DNA from: a virus
IMG/VR virus record: IMGVR_UViG_3300045988_174698
Direction: 5' to 3' (one strand)
DNA length: 64,000 bases
Made by a program: the position numbers and the translations under genes. Under the pieces are notes generated by a model. That model saw only the letters and a list, made by a program, of their open reading frames with translations. It made no database searches and had not been told where the DNA came from. This document shows, piece by piece, positions 32,976-45,573 of the stretch (the stretch's first letter is position 1; every line of letters begins with the position of its first letter).

Positions 32976-35900
32976 TGAAATTAAATCTTACGGCAAAAAA
33001 ATTTTATAGTGAGGGAGATATTACTCATGAATATAACCCACTTCATAACAAACTAACAGAAGATGGTAGTCTTCAAGATTTTGTTACTGATGAAATTTCA
33101 TTAGATCTAAATAATCCAGTAAGTATTGAATGCCAACCATCATATGATGGAACTGTTAATCTAATAATTAATGATGATAAAAACCCTCCTAGAATAGTAA
33201 ATACTACTTATACAACAATAGAGGATAATCGCTATAGGAGAATAGTTAGAAATCAAACAGAGCAGACAAATATCTATAGAGAAGGTAAGATAGACACTCA
33301 AACTAGATTATTTAGAAATATAAATAAGATTCCAAAAATAGATCTTGTAAATGTATCTTATTCTGGACAATTAAAAGGAGGTAATTATACTTTTTATATT
33401 AAATTAGCAGATAATGATTACAATAAGACAGATATTGTAGCTGAATCTGGTATGATTTCAATATTTAAAGGATCATTACATGAAATTAACACTATATCAG
33501 GAACATTAGAGGATGAGAGAACAGATAAGTCTATAACTTTGATGTTAACTAACATTGATGTTTCTTTTAATAAGATATTCATTTACTGCAAAAGAGAATA
33601 TTCTGATTTAAATGGAGTAATTAAAGATGAGACATACTTTATTACTAAGCCATGTGAAATTAAAGGCACAAGTCAGACTATAACTATTAATGGGTTCGAG
33701 GAGATTACATCTATAAATGAAGAAGAATTAAACATTAAATATAACATATGTACTGGGGTTAAAACACAAGCTCAGGTTCAAAACATGTTATTTCTAGGAA
33801 ATATACAGCAAACTATATTGGATAATGCAACTCTTCAGAATTTATCATATTATATAAGAGTAAAATTAGTTCAAAGAGAAGATAGTATAGGTTATATTAA
33901 TCCTGGGTCTTATACTAAGATTTCTGAAGATGAAATTACAAAAACAGAGTATTATCATCCTTTAAATATATATTATTATTTAGGATATTGACCATCGGAA
34001 TTATATAGACTTGGAATAGTGTATATTTTTAATGATGACTCATTAAGTCCAGTTTATAACTTGAGAGGATGTGAATTTAGTGATTTGGACACAGTAAATT
34101 ATATAGGTGTATATAATAAGGATGAACATATTTCACAAGATGAATTTTTTATTCCTAATACGGATGGTACAAACTTATCTAATACTAAAGGAGTATTTAA
34201 ACTCCCAGATAAGAGTATCTATAGTAAAGACGGAACAAAAGGAGTACATCCTTTAGGATTTGAATTTACATTCGATTCAGGATTAATTAATGAATTAAGG
34301 AACAATAAAAAACTTAATATAAAAGGATTCTTCTTTGTACGTCAGAAAAGAATTCCAAACATTTTATGTCAAGGATTCTCAATAGGAGTAGACAGAACAT
34401 CTTATATACCATTAATATACGGAGTACAGGATGAAGAGGGGTATACTACAGAATCCTTTATAGATTCTAGCTTAGGTTTAAGTACTGATTATAGTAGTAG
34501 ATTAATTAGTACAGCTAATATACAAAGTAGTGGATTATTAAGTGTTGACACTATAGTAAACTATCAATTACAATCTATGTTTGATAATTCTGAGTTTATT
34601 GTAGAAAAAGCATATGAAACCATGAATAGTGAAGATAAGTTATCAACGTCATTATCTAATAAACGTCATTACTATATAAATACTATTAAAGAATCCGCAG
34701 ATAAAAAGTATGCAACTAAGGCCAAATGTGTATATATAGATACTGATATACCATTAAAATATTATGATAGCTATGGATTTTCAACCAGAGTAGGATCATC
34801 AGAGGACTGTAAAGATGTTAGGTTTTTAGGTTCAAAAAATTATGAACAAAATAATAATAAAATAGTAAGAGGAATCTATTGTCCTTTTATTGGAACTAAT
34901 AAAGTTTTAGATCCAAGTTGTATCTATAATATAAAATCTGGAAATTATTCTTCTACATTTATGAGTGAGTATTTTAAGATCAGAGGTAATGATCTCTCTC
35001 CATTTATGGCAATTAGTCCCAGATACGAATTGAATGATAGTAAGTTACAGTCTCGTTACGATTTATATAAGAGGACACAAGATAAAGTTGAGTTGATTGA
35101 AGAGAATGTACTAACTATTGATAAAAATAAATATGTTAATACATCTACGGAGGAATACTATTTAGAAGAAGTAAAATTCACTCCAACTGTATTTAGAGGG
35201 GATTGTTTTACAAATACAGTAACAGTTAGAATTATAAGGAATTTTATAGATTCTGAAACTCCAACTAATGATATAATAGTTGATCCAGAAACTTGGAAAA
35301 ATGGGTATAAAGGATATAATCAAACTACTACCTCTGATTGAAAAGAGATTAACAGAGCAGATGTGAATACTGTACCTCTTGGAATGTGAGTTACTTATAA
35401 ATGTCTTTCAAATTATAATTTAGGGCTACGATCTGAGGATACATCTTATGTTGATGAAATGGCATTAATGGGAAATCCAAGAGGCTTCTATCCTTTACAT
35501 GGTATAAATACAGCTCCGTCAAGTAAAATACCCGAAAGTACTCTATTAAACGCAGGATATTCTACAACAGTACCTTCTAAAAAATACTTTACATCCCCTG
35601 ATGTACCTTATGTAAAGGATGTATTTGATACTAGAATTATGTTTAGTAATGTACAAGTAGAGGATGACTTTAGAAATGCATATAGAATATTTCAAGGGTT
35701 AGATTATAAAGATATAGAAAGACAATATGGGGCTATTGTAAAACTAATATCTTATGGAACTAACTTATTCTGTGTCTTTGAACATGGATGCGCCTTAATT
35801 CCTATTAATGAAAAAGCACTTATAGCTACTACTACAGGTCAATCTATACACATGTATGGTGCAGGAGTTTTACAAAATCAAGTTACTCCTATTTCTCAAG

Positions 35901-37723
35901 ATTATGGAAGTATTTGACAAGAATCAATTATTAGAACACCAAATGCAATTTATGGGGTTGATACTTACGCTAAAAAAATCTGGAAATACAATGCAGAAGG
36001 ATTTAGGCTAATATCTGATATGGTAGTTCAGAGATTCTTGAATGATAATATAATATTAAATGAAGAGGATAAGTATCCTATAGTAGCATTAAAGAATGTA
36101 AAGACTCACTACAATAACTATAAAGGTGATGTAATGTTTACATTCTATAATGGAAATAAGGTATGAGATTTATGCTATAACGAACGTCTAGAGAAGTGAA
36201 TCACTAAATATAGTTGAACTCCTTTATCTTCAGCCAATGTTAATAACATTTTCTTAACTTTGGATCGTCAGAGAGCTTCATTATATGGAATTATATATGA
36301 TAATATTAACACAAATTCAGGAGCTCATATTGAGGAAAGATTCGAAGAAAACGAGGTTGATAAATTAAATAATGAAAAAGAGAGTTTAGAGAAGGGAAAT
36401 TTACCAGAGAATTCTACTAGAATAGAAGAAATTGATAGAAGGATTGAATATATTGATAAAAACTTTATTTCTGGAAGAACCTGTGGTAATCTATGAGAAT
36501 ATGATAATATCAAGAGAACTATAGTTATTAAAGGCTATGATTTCTTTGAGAAATTTGGAATAAGAATAACATCTATTACATCATCTATTTTAGATACAAA
36601 TGGAGTTGAGCATATAGTTGAGTTCACAGATTCTCCAAAAACAGAATATGATATTAAATGTAAAATTATTAATGGATCTTACAAACCAGATGGTTCAGAA
36701 TCTGAAATAGAATATTCTCAATACTTAGTTGGAGATATAGATCCAGAAAGACTTCAGAAAAAAATTGGTATAATCCAAAATGGAAGGAACTTGGAATTAA
36801 CTATAAATGATTTTGAAGAAGTTTCAAAATTATTATATTTAAAAATTGATTTTGAAGTAACTCCAAAAATAGTTTCTACATATATAGATAATTCTGAGAA
36901 TATTTCAAGTCAAACTAATGAAAATAAAGTATCATCTTCTAGTAATTCATTTAAGGAATCTATAGTATTAATTAGAGACTATAACTATTTAGTTCAGTCT
37001 AAGATGGAGGATAAAGTTAAAGAATATGATCTACTACTTAAGAATGGATTCTATATGCATGGTAGAGCGGGTGTATTTGATGAAATAAATTATTTCGATC
37101 AAAATCCAAATAATGAGATACATCCAACTAAATGATATGACAAACAAGAACCATTTGAGTTTGAGTTTGTAGTAAATAATCCAGCAGGAATTCATAAGGT
37201 ATTTGATAATTTAGTCTTAATATCTAATAATGTAGAGCCAAATAGTTTAGAATTTGAATTAGTTGGTGATGTTTATGATTTTAATAAAGCTGGGATTTAT
37301 CAATCAGAACATGTAGATAAGGAATCTTATTGAAATCCTGATGGATCTTTTGATGAAGATAAATATAACAATGATAAACATTCTAAAGAATTTAGTGGGA
37401 CTGAATATAGCCAAGAATTTAGTGATAATATATCTATTGATAGAGATCCTGTGTTAAATCAATATTTTATCAAGGTAGATCAACCTGTTCTTAATATTAA
37501 GAGAGTAGGAAGGCGTTTAGGAAATATTGAATATAAGGAAGATAGGTGATATAATACTATTACTCCAATTCACTATAAAATTAAACGTAAAGACGGAGTA
37601 AAATCTGACTTAAAGTCTACTAGAATTAGAGACAAGTGATTAAAAATTAGAATTAAGTATACTGGCGATAAACTAGTAGTTATAAATGCAATCCAAACAT
37701 TATTAAGATTAAGTTATGCTTAA
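32975..37723 (+). CDS. giant virion-associated protein (~1582 aa; ~13 TGA=Trp), function unknown
   Basis: Track ORFs 32975, 34019, 35459, 36260 and 36791 are all in frame 2. My read-through of the gaps shows only TGAs. It ends at TAA at about 37721-37723, overlapping ATG 37716. Confidence 0.6.
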
Positions 37724-39068
37724 ATATAATTTGAATAACTGGGTTTCCCTTTCTAATGCTGCTTTTGGTGGCAACGGAAAGGGAACTGGTAAAATAACTA
37801 TACCAAATGCTATAGGGACTCAAAGTATAGTTAAAAAATCAGATTTAGGTCCTGTTATCAGTGAATCTAAATTAATATCTGCAACTAAATCTCTAAATAA
37901 AGTTGCACCAGTAAAAGAGGATAAAGCTTTAAATAAAAAGATACAAACAGAAGTTAATAATAAACTCTCAAAATCAGCTAACAAACCGTCTTTTGGGCAG
38001 AAATTATCTATGCTTGATGCAGAACATGGAGAAACATTTAATGCAATAGGATCTGCAATTAGTGGGATTAATGCATCATTAATAGGAGATGAAAAAACTG
38101 GTAAGGGGGCTGAGACAGCTCATAGTATAACTAACACCGTTAATTCATTAATTCCTAGTAGTGGTATAGGAAGTATGGCAAATGCTGCTGGAGGAATGAT
38201 TGGAAACCTAATAGGAGGCACTAAAGATAGAGTTCATGGTACTGGATCTGCAGTTGTTGGCACAGTTTCTAAAGTGGCAAGTAATTTTGGTCCAGTTGGT
38301 ATGGCTGTTGGCGCCGCTTTAAATTTATTAAATGGCATTGGAGGTAAGAGAGTAGATTCATTAGCTGACATGACTGACCAATTTGGGTCAGGTTATGGAG
38401 GTTCACAATCAGATGTTTCGGAATCTATTAGTAAGTACTCAGGGAAAAAGGCTGGATTGTTTGATTTTGGATTTGCCAAAAAAGGAAATAAAGCAATACA
38501 AGAAGCTAGAAAAACTCAAAATACAATATTGGGTATTATGGATGAGGCTAAACTAAGAAAATCAAACTCTGCAGCGGATACTTATTTATCTCAAAATCAA
38601 AATAGATATGCAGGATATGAGCCTAAACTATTATTGTCTAAGAGAGGTATGAAATTTCCTGAATTAGATCGTGCTAGAGAAATCATTAGTTCCTGATCAA
38701 CCAAATCTACAGAAAATCAAGATACTCAGAAATTTCAACTTGGAGGTAAAATGAACCTAATTCCAGAGGGAGCTTTACATGCTAGAAAACACAATTTAGA
38801 GGAAGTAAATCCAGAATTAGAAGGGCAAATTACAAAAAAAGGTATTCCAGTAATAACTCATTCAGAAGGAGGAGTTACTCAAACTGCGGAGATTGAAAAG
38901 AATGAATGAACTCTTAGAAAAGAATTTACCGATCAACTAGAATCTTTGTATAGTCAATATCAGGAGGATCCTTCAGATGATATAGTTATAGAAGCAGGTA
39001 AACTAGTTTGTTTTGAGTTGTTAAAGAATACAGATGATAGGAGTGGTTTAATTAAAAGTATAAAGTAA
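37716..39068 (+). CDS. Gly-rich internal virion / ejection-like protein (~450 aa; 2 TGA=Trp)
   Basis: Track ORF 37716-38696 continues 124 codons (counted) to TAA 39066-39068. It has Gly/Ala/Ser-rich low-complexity segments (GIGSMANAAGGMIGNLIGG..., GMAVGAALNLLNGIGG). Confidence 0.55.
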
Positions 39069-39069
39069 T

Positions 39070-39963
39070 ATGCCATTGGATATAAGATCACAAGTTGTTA
39101 CAGCTCTGGATAATATTAATAGAAATCCAGAGCTGTATACTCCTACAAAACCAACTATACCTTTAGAAGCAAGAATTAATGATCTAAAAGAAACTAATCC
39201 TAACAAATATAGAGAATATATTTCTACATTAACATCTTCTGCAAATAGTGGAAATGAAGAAGCCAGAGAGTTGTTAGGAAAGATAGGAGAGGATGCTGCT
39301 AGGCAGAGAAGAGGGTATGAAGGATTAAACGAATTTATGGCAGCTTCAACTGGAGGATTACCTGGAATAATTGCAAATTACTTACCTAAAATAATAGGAA
39401 GTGCTTGAAATGGATATAGTATGTTTGATCCAGATAGTCCTGGCCTATTTACTAAAAATTACCAAGAAACACACCCTAAAACTACACTTGGCCTAAATAT
39501 AGCATTAGGGGCCATAGCTGGATATCCATTTATAGTTAAACAAAAGCCTTTAAAAAGTGATATTCCAATCAATGCTACTATAAATACTAATAAGCCAATA
39601 TTTTATCCAAAACTTCATTTTGTAAAAAATAGTCAACATAATAATATCACTTATTTTGATATATTTGCTGGGAAAAATAATAATATTGGTAAAGTTGCTT
39701 TAGAAACTATAGGAAATAATCAGGCACATATTCATCCTGAGTTGAGTCGTAATTTGAGAGGAAAAGGATTTGGAAAAGCTACATATTTAAATATGCAACA
39801 AAAGTATCCAAATTTACAAATTCGCTCATATTTACAGAATGCTGGAGAACAAGGAATCAGTGAAGCTGCTAAACGTGTTTGAAAATCCTTAGTTCAAGAT
39901 GGAGCAGCCTATTCTATTGGGGATAATTATTTATTTAAACCTAATTTATGAAAGAAACAATAA
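39070..39963 (+). CDS. protein with C-terminal GNAT-family N-acetyltransferase-like domain (~297 aa; 2 TGA=Trp)
   Basis: Track ORFs 39070 and 39421 share a frame (…IIGSA-W-NGYSMF…). The segment ...IGKVALETIGNNQAHIHPELSRNLRGKGFGKATYLNMQQ... is a classic GNAT motif A (R-x-x-G-x-G/A after a beta strand). Confidence 0.5.
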
Positions 39964-40565
39964 TTGAAATAGCAGATAAGAAATATAAGGTCTTAGTTGC
40001 AGAAACTGAAGAAGAAAAAACCCAAGGACTTTCTAATGTAGAGTCTATGGAGGATTCAGAGGGTATGTTGTTTAATTACTCTAGTAATCCACAAGGTTCT
40101 CTAGTATTTAATACTAAAGATATGGATTTTCCTATTGATATTATCTTTATAAATGATGATGATGAAGTAGTTGCAGTAGAATATGGGGAACCTAAATCAG
40201 ATGAAGTTATAGAGTGTATTACAGATCCTGATGAAAAATTAGTATATGTTCTTGAAGTTAATGCTAATTCTGGAATTCAAATAGGAGATGAATTAGACTT
40301 TGAGGATGATGATATTTCTGATGAAGAGGTAGAAAAGATGTATATATTAGGATCAGATGGCAAGCCTCAAATGGATCTAGTTGGTGGTGAGCGGATTATA
40401 TCAATTAAAGAAACTAAATCATTAATTAGTAAAGCGAAACGTGCCAATAAATCTAAGAAGGATTCTGACTACAAGAAATTAGGAAAATATATATTCAAAA
40501 TATTAAAAAAACAAGATGAAAGAAAACCAGAATATGTTTTGGGTCCTAATAAAAAAGGAGAGTAG
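39948..40565 (+). CDS. DUF192-domain protein with acidic C-terminal extension (205 aa)
   Basis: The conserved DUF192 pattern (…QGLS…GMLF…F.TKDMDFPIDIIFINDDDEVV…) is present. Intact ORF ending at TAG. Confidence 0.55.
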   Translation: MKETIIEIADKKYKVLVAETEEEKTQGLSNVESMEDSEGMLFNYSSNPQGSLVFNTKDMDFPIDIIFINDDDEVVAVEYGEPKSDEVIECITDPDEKLVYVLEVNANSGIQIGDELDFEDDDISDEEVEKMYILGSDGKPQMDLVGGERIISIKETKSLISKAKRANKSKKDSDYKKLGKYIFKILKKQDERKPEYVLGPNKKGE

Positions 40566-40765
40566 AATAATTCTACTCTCCATAAGAAGATACTAACTAT
40601 CCTCTTTAACCCTATATTATCTAATGTTTAATCTAGCATCTCCTTAGAGAATGAAATAGACTCTATTTTATATTCTTGGGTTGTGTTACAAAGATAATAA
40701 TATATATTTAATATGTCAAACAATTTATACAAAATTTATCACAGAAGTAATTTTTATAGAATTTA

Positions 40766-40797
40766 TTTGGATATTAAAAACTAAAGTATTATCTTTG
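40766..40797 (+). promoter_or_regulatory. Bacteroidota-type promoter (TTTG 40766-40769; TAtcTTTG 40790-40797) in a 313-nt AT-rich intergenic region
   Basis: Both elements match the consensus with 21-nt spacing, 82 nt upstream of ATG 40879. This is the largest non-coding gap in the window. Confidence 0.5.
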
Positions 40798-40878
40798 AGC
40801 ATTAAATGAATATATGATAATGAAAGAGTTAACTAGAAGAATTTATAAAATTATTAATTAAATAAAGTAAATATTTAT

Positions 40879-41163
40879 ATGAAGGTAATTAAATTTATGC
40901 AGGAAGGTGGTAGTGCTCCTGCACCTGCTGCACAACAGCCAGCAGCAGCACAGCAAGATCCACTTGTAGAAATTGCTAATATGATGGCTCAAGGATTACA
41001 GTCAGGTGACTGTAATATGCTAGCACAGGCTTGTGAGGCATTCCTTTCGTTACTTTCACAGGCACAAGCTCCTGCACAAGAACCAATAGGAGCTCCTGTT
41101 GATTCGGAGCCTGTTTTCAAGAAGGGTGGTAAGCTTGTAAAACGCAAGAAATGTCGTAAGTAG
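40879..41163 (+). CDS. small Ala/Gln-rich protein with basic C-terminus (94 aa); N-terminal VIKFMQEGG motif
   Basis: Intact ORF ending at TAG, followed by a terminator. Confidence 0.5.
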   Translation: MKVIKFMQEGGSAPAPAAQQPAAAQQDPLVEIANMMAQGLQSGDCNMLAQACEAFLSLLSQAQAPAQEPIGAPVDSEPVFKKGGKLVKRKKCRK

Positions 41164-41179
41164 ATCATTGAAAGATAAA

Positions 41180-41215
41180 AGGGGGATTGTAGATGATCAA
41201 TTCCCCTTTTTAAGT
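41180..41215 (+). terminator. rho-independent terminator candidate
   Basis: The hairpin AAGGGGGATTG...CAATTCCCCTT is followed by a T-run. Confidence 0.45.
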
Positions 41216-41234
41216 ATAATATAAGTGTGATAGA

Positions 41235-44200
41235 ATGGCACAGATAATTAAATATCAAAAAGGTGGTTCTACTTCTAATAAAAGATATGGTACTTTTACT
41301 ATTGATGGAAATAAGTTTGAAGTTGATGATAATTTTTTAAATCAATTGACAAACTATGGTAAATCATTAGACGACGAAACAGCCTATCAATTTAGTAAAA
41401 TTACAGATGCTCTAAGGAATGGAGAAAATTTATCCTATGATTCTAATGCTGATAGATTAGATGGAAATGTACAATTTGATGTTACAAATAGTCAAAATAA
41501 TCGATTGGGGAATCGTCGAAGTAGAATAGGAAGGTTTTTTGGTAATTCGTGAAGAGGTAAGGAAAATGCATCTAGAAATGCAATTAATGCTTTAAAGGGA
41601 TTTACTTATACTACTCCTACTCCTGGTAATTCGATATATGATTGATCTAATACTATAAATGTCGAGTATAAAAGAGACAAGGACGGGAACTATGAATTAG
41701 TTAATGGAAATAAAGTTTTTATACAAGGAGCTAATAATTTACAAGTTATAAGAAGACTTCAGGCCCTAAAAGATATTGCTAGTTATACTGATAAAGATAC
41801 ATTTAAGGGTTATGGTAATCTTGATAAACAAGCTTATATAGATCTTTACAATCGTTTAGGGGATGAAGGTATTAAGAGTTTAATAGAACGTGTGGAAAAT
41901 GGGACATGAACCGAAGAGGATAAGCTAGCTCTAGATGATATTGGTATATTTTTAGATAGTAATTCTACTAATAAAAATTCTTCAACTAACCAATCAACTT
42001 CTAGACTTACTGAAAAAGAAGTCAGAGATAACATTGATCCTAATACTCACTCCATTGCTGGTTTAAAAGTTACTACAAATCCAGATGAGTCATATAATTT
42101 AGTAGATGTAGATGGAGATCAAGTTTTTGGTGGTAGTCGAGTATACATAAATGACGAAGTTCTAAGAGATAAGCATCAATTTGATCCCTTAAAAGGATGA
42201 TTTTGGTTTGATGGTAAATTAATCCCAAAGAGTGTTGCAGAAGATGATAACTCAGTATTTTATAGAAACCTAGATCAGTGGATAAATAGCAATAAGAATA
42301 ATATATATGGTACTAATGGAATAGATGTTTGGGGAAATAGTTCTAATCCTTTTACAAGTTATAATGATTCTTTCTTTCTTCCTGGATTAAGAAATAATAA
42401 TAGAGGAATGATGTTTAGAACATTAAAAGATCCCAATGATCCAAATTCAGTAGTATATGAATATTATGATAAAGATTCTGCTAGAGATAGATATGGATTT
42501 GTAACTCCTGAAGCAGTTAAAAGATTAAAGTACAATATTAACACTGGAGAATCTGAGGAGTTAGATCCATTATCAGGAGTTTCTATAAATTACGAGGATA
42601 TTACTAATCCAGTTACTAAATGGTCAGAAAGAGCAAAAGGATACTATGAAATTAATATTCCAGGTTCTAATGGCACCACAGCTGCAACAATCTTTCGAAA
42701 TCCATATGATGTAAATGATGTATGATTTTATAGAGATGGAATGGAACAACCTTATCAAATGACACCAGAAGAAGTTCAATCTTTAATAAACTCAGGAGCT
42801 CTTTCTGCTAATCCTGAAAATCATACATTTACTGGTGCATTATCTCGTAAATGACAGGAAATTCTTTCTCAAAATACTCAGAATTTTAGAGGCAATACAT
42901 TAGGAGGTGTAATTATAGATTCTTCGTTACTTCCAATTTCTACTTTAATTAGAAGTTTATATACTACTAGAACTCCTATGGTTAATGGAGAAAGATGAGA
43001 TAGAGCATCTAGAAACATATTTGATAATAAACCTAAGTTTCAATCAGGAGGTAGAATCAATGCAGCAAAAGTTTCTAATATTGAAAATGATACCACAGCT
43101 AAGACAATAACTGAAAGAACTGACAAAGATGTTGCTAAAACCTCTTTAAAAAATGGAGATTGAAAAGATTTAACTAAAGCGGATAAGATGCAAATAGCTA
43201 GCATTGCTGGCGATTTAGCATCATTAATTGCAGCTATCCCTACTGGTGGTAATCCAGTAGCTGGTGCTTTAGGGTATGGATCAACTCTTGCTCAGTTTGG
43301 AGCTGATGTCAGCCGTGATGGTTTTGATTTAGGAGACCTTGGTAACTTAGCTCTAGGACTGGGATTAGATACAATAAGCTTACTCCCTGGTGTTGGAATT
43401 GGTGGTAAAATGGCTAAAATGAGTAAAACAGTTAAAAAATCTGCTTCATTATTAAAGAATATACTATTAGCCTCAGGAGCTACTAGTGCAGTATCAGCGG
43501 TTAACAATATAGTATCTGGTAAAGGAACTTTAGATGATTGAAAAAGTTTATCTACTGGTCTTTTTGCTGTTAAAGGAATAAAGAATGAAGTCCAAAATAT
43601 AAGATCTACTCAATATAAAGGAAAATCACCTAAATTAGAAGCTAAGACAAAAGAAAGCTTAAAAAGAGAATATATTGATAAAGTAGTTGCTGATAAGGAA
43701 TTAGGATTTGTTGATGGCCAGCCAGCTCGATGGGCTAACTCTGATGGTACTGTTAAGAACTATAAGCAAGCAATTGAAGATTTAACTAAATCAGGCCATC
43801 TAAAAATATCTAAAGCACAAGAGGCTAAATGAACAGCAGAGGCTGCCAAATCTAAAACAAATTCTACTATATCAAATATATTTTCGGGAAGTTGAAATCC
43901 TATGAGTAGAAATTATAGATTTAGAATGTCTAATAGACAACTTCCAGATGATTTTGATATAAGATCTTTAGCAGGCCACACTTCTAAATTAAGAACTTTA
44001 GGAAGAGTTATTAGAAGAAATCCTGAAATTGCTTCTCAATTACAGTCTAATGGATGACTACTTCCATCAACTTTACAGTTTAATTCTAGATATGGAGGAG
44101 ACTGGTTTTATAGAAATCCTGTATTTAAAAGATTTATTAAATTTAAAGCTCCTTCTACGTTAATGTTATCCGAAAGTACTGGAGTACGAGATATACCTGT

Positions 44201-45572
44201 GACTTTAAGTGGCATAAAAAATCCTACTGAGATTCGTAATATTGATCCTTATTTACAACAAGTTGATGACTATATTGGGTTAAGATTTCACAAAAAGGGT
44301 GGTAAGATTATTAAAGCACAAGGAGGTTCTAATAGTAATTGATTTCTTGATAAAAATGGGAAACCAGTAAATGAGCACAGTGAATCAGTTATTGTTACTG
44401 CAAAACCAATAGATGTTTTTTCAAACCCTAGGCTTCCCTCAGATTTCTTAGGAGTTAAGCCTTTAAATGACATTGATCCTAAATTAAGAGAGTCATTAAC
44501 TAAACAGTCTAAAGGAATTAATACAAATAATATTGAGAAGCCATCTTCAAGTATGTTTGGTTCTAGTAGAGATTTAAAATGATCTGGTATTAATCCTGAT
44601 ATGTTACTTGGTATTGGTGATTTTATAGCATCTACAAGAGGTATTAATCGTACTGCTCAAAAGATGAAAGACGCTATTCGTAAGGGAATGATAGGTTCTC
44701 AACAGCAAATGCCAACTGAATTCTACTCTAGATTTAGTGATAATGGTTTGAATAGAATGTATGATGATCGAATCAAGGAAATGCGAAAATATAAAACAGT
44801 CACTAGTGATCCAAATCAAGTAATGGCTGAGAGGTTGATGAGAGATGCAGGAATTGATCAAATAAAGGGAGAAAGAGATACTAAATTTTCACAAATGATA
44901 GATCAGTATAACGATAAACTACTTGCTCAAAAGCAACAGTATGCAAATATAAGAAATCAAATTAGTAATGAAAATAGGAATCGTTGGTATCAAGGATTAG
45001 CACAACTTGATATGGCAGATGCTAATAAGATAGGACAACAAACACAAAATGTTAAAAATCTTATTTATCAATTTAGGCAGGATTATGCTAAAGATTTACA
45101 GAATAGAACTGCTATTGAAGATAAGTTGGATTCTATTAATGCTGAAACTAAATATCAGAATGATTTAAAACAACTTTTTGAAAGCTTTGGTGGTTTTAAC
45201 AGTATGTCTGCAAGTGAAAAAGAGCAATGAGGAAATAATTGGTTAGGATATATAAGTTATAAATATCCTGATCAAGTGTCTAATATACGTAGTAAAGCAT
45301 TTTTTGATATTTATCAAGATCAAGCTAATGATCCTAAGAGAAGACATTCTTGGATTAGATGATTTGATGATTTAAATGTCCCTAGGTATGTTAGTCAAGT
45401 ATCTCCAAAACTATCTGATTCTAAATATTTTAGGTATAAAAGAGGAGGTACAATTCAAAGGTTTAGAGAAACAAATGAACAAGCATTTTTAGATCAGCAA
45501 AAAGCTATTAATAAAGCTGTGAATGACTTAAATAATAATATCATAAGGCTTTTTATAAAAATGATGTCATAA
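41235..45572 (+). CDS. giant cargo/ejection-like protein (~1445 aa; ~13 TGA=Trp) with Gly-rich hydrophobic segments and a DVDGD motif
   Basis: Track ORFs 41235, 42408, 43188 and 44601 are all in frame 0. My read-through shows TGAs only, and I counted the tail to TAA 45570-45572. The N-terminus reads MAQIIKYQKGGS. GGNPVAGALGYGSTLAQFGADV...GLGLDTISLLPGVGIGG resembles a tape-measure/ejection protein. It also carries NLVDVDGDQVFGG. Confidence 0.6.
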
Positions 45573-45573
45573 T

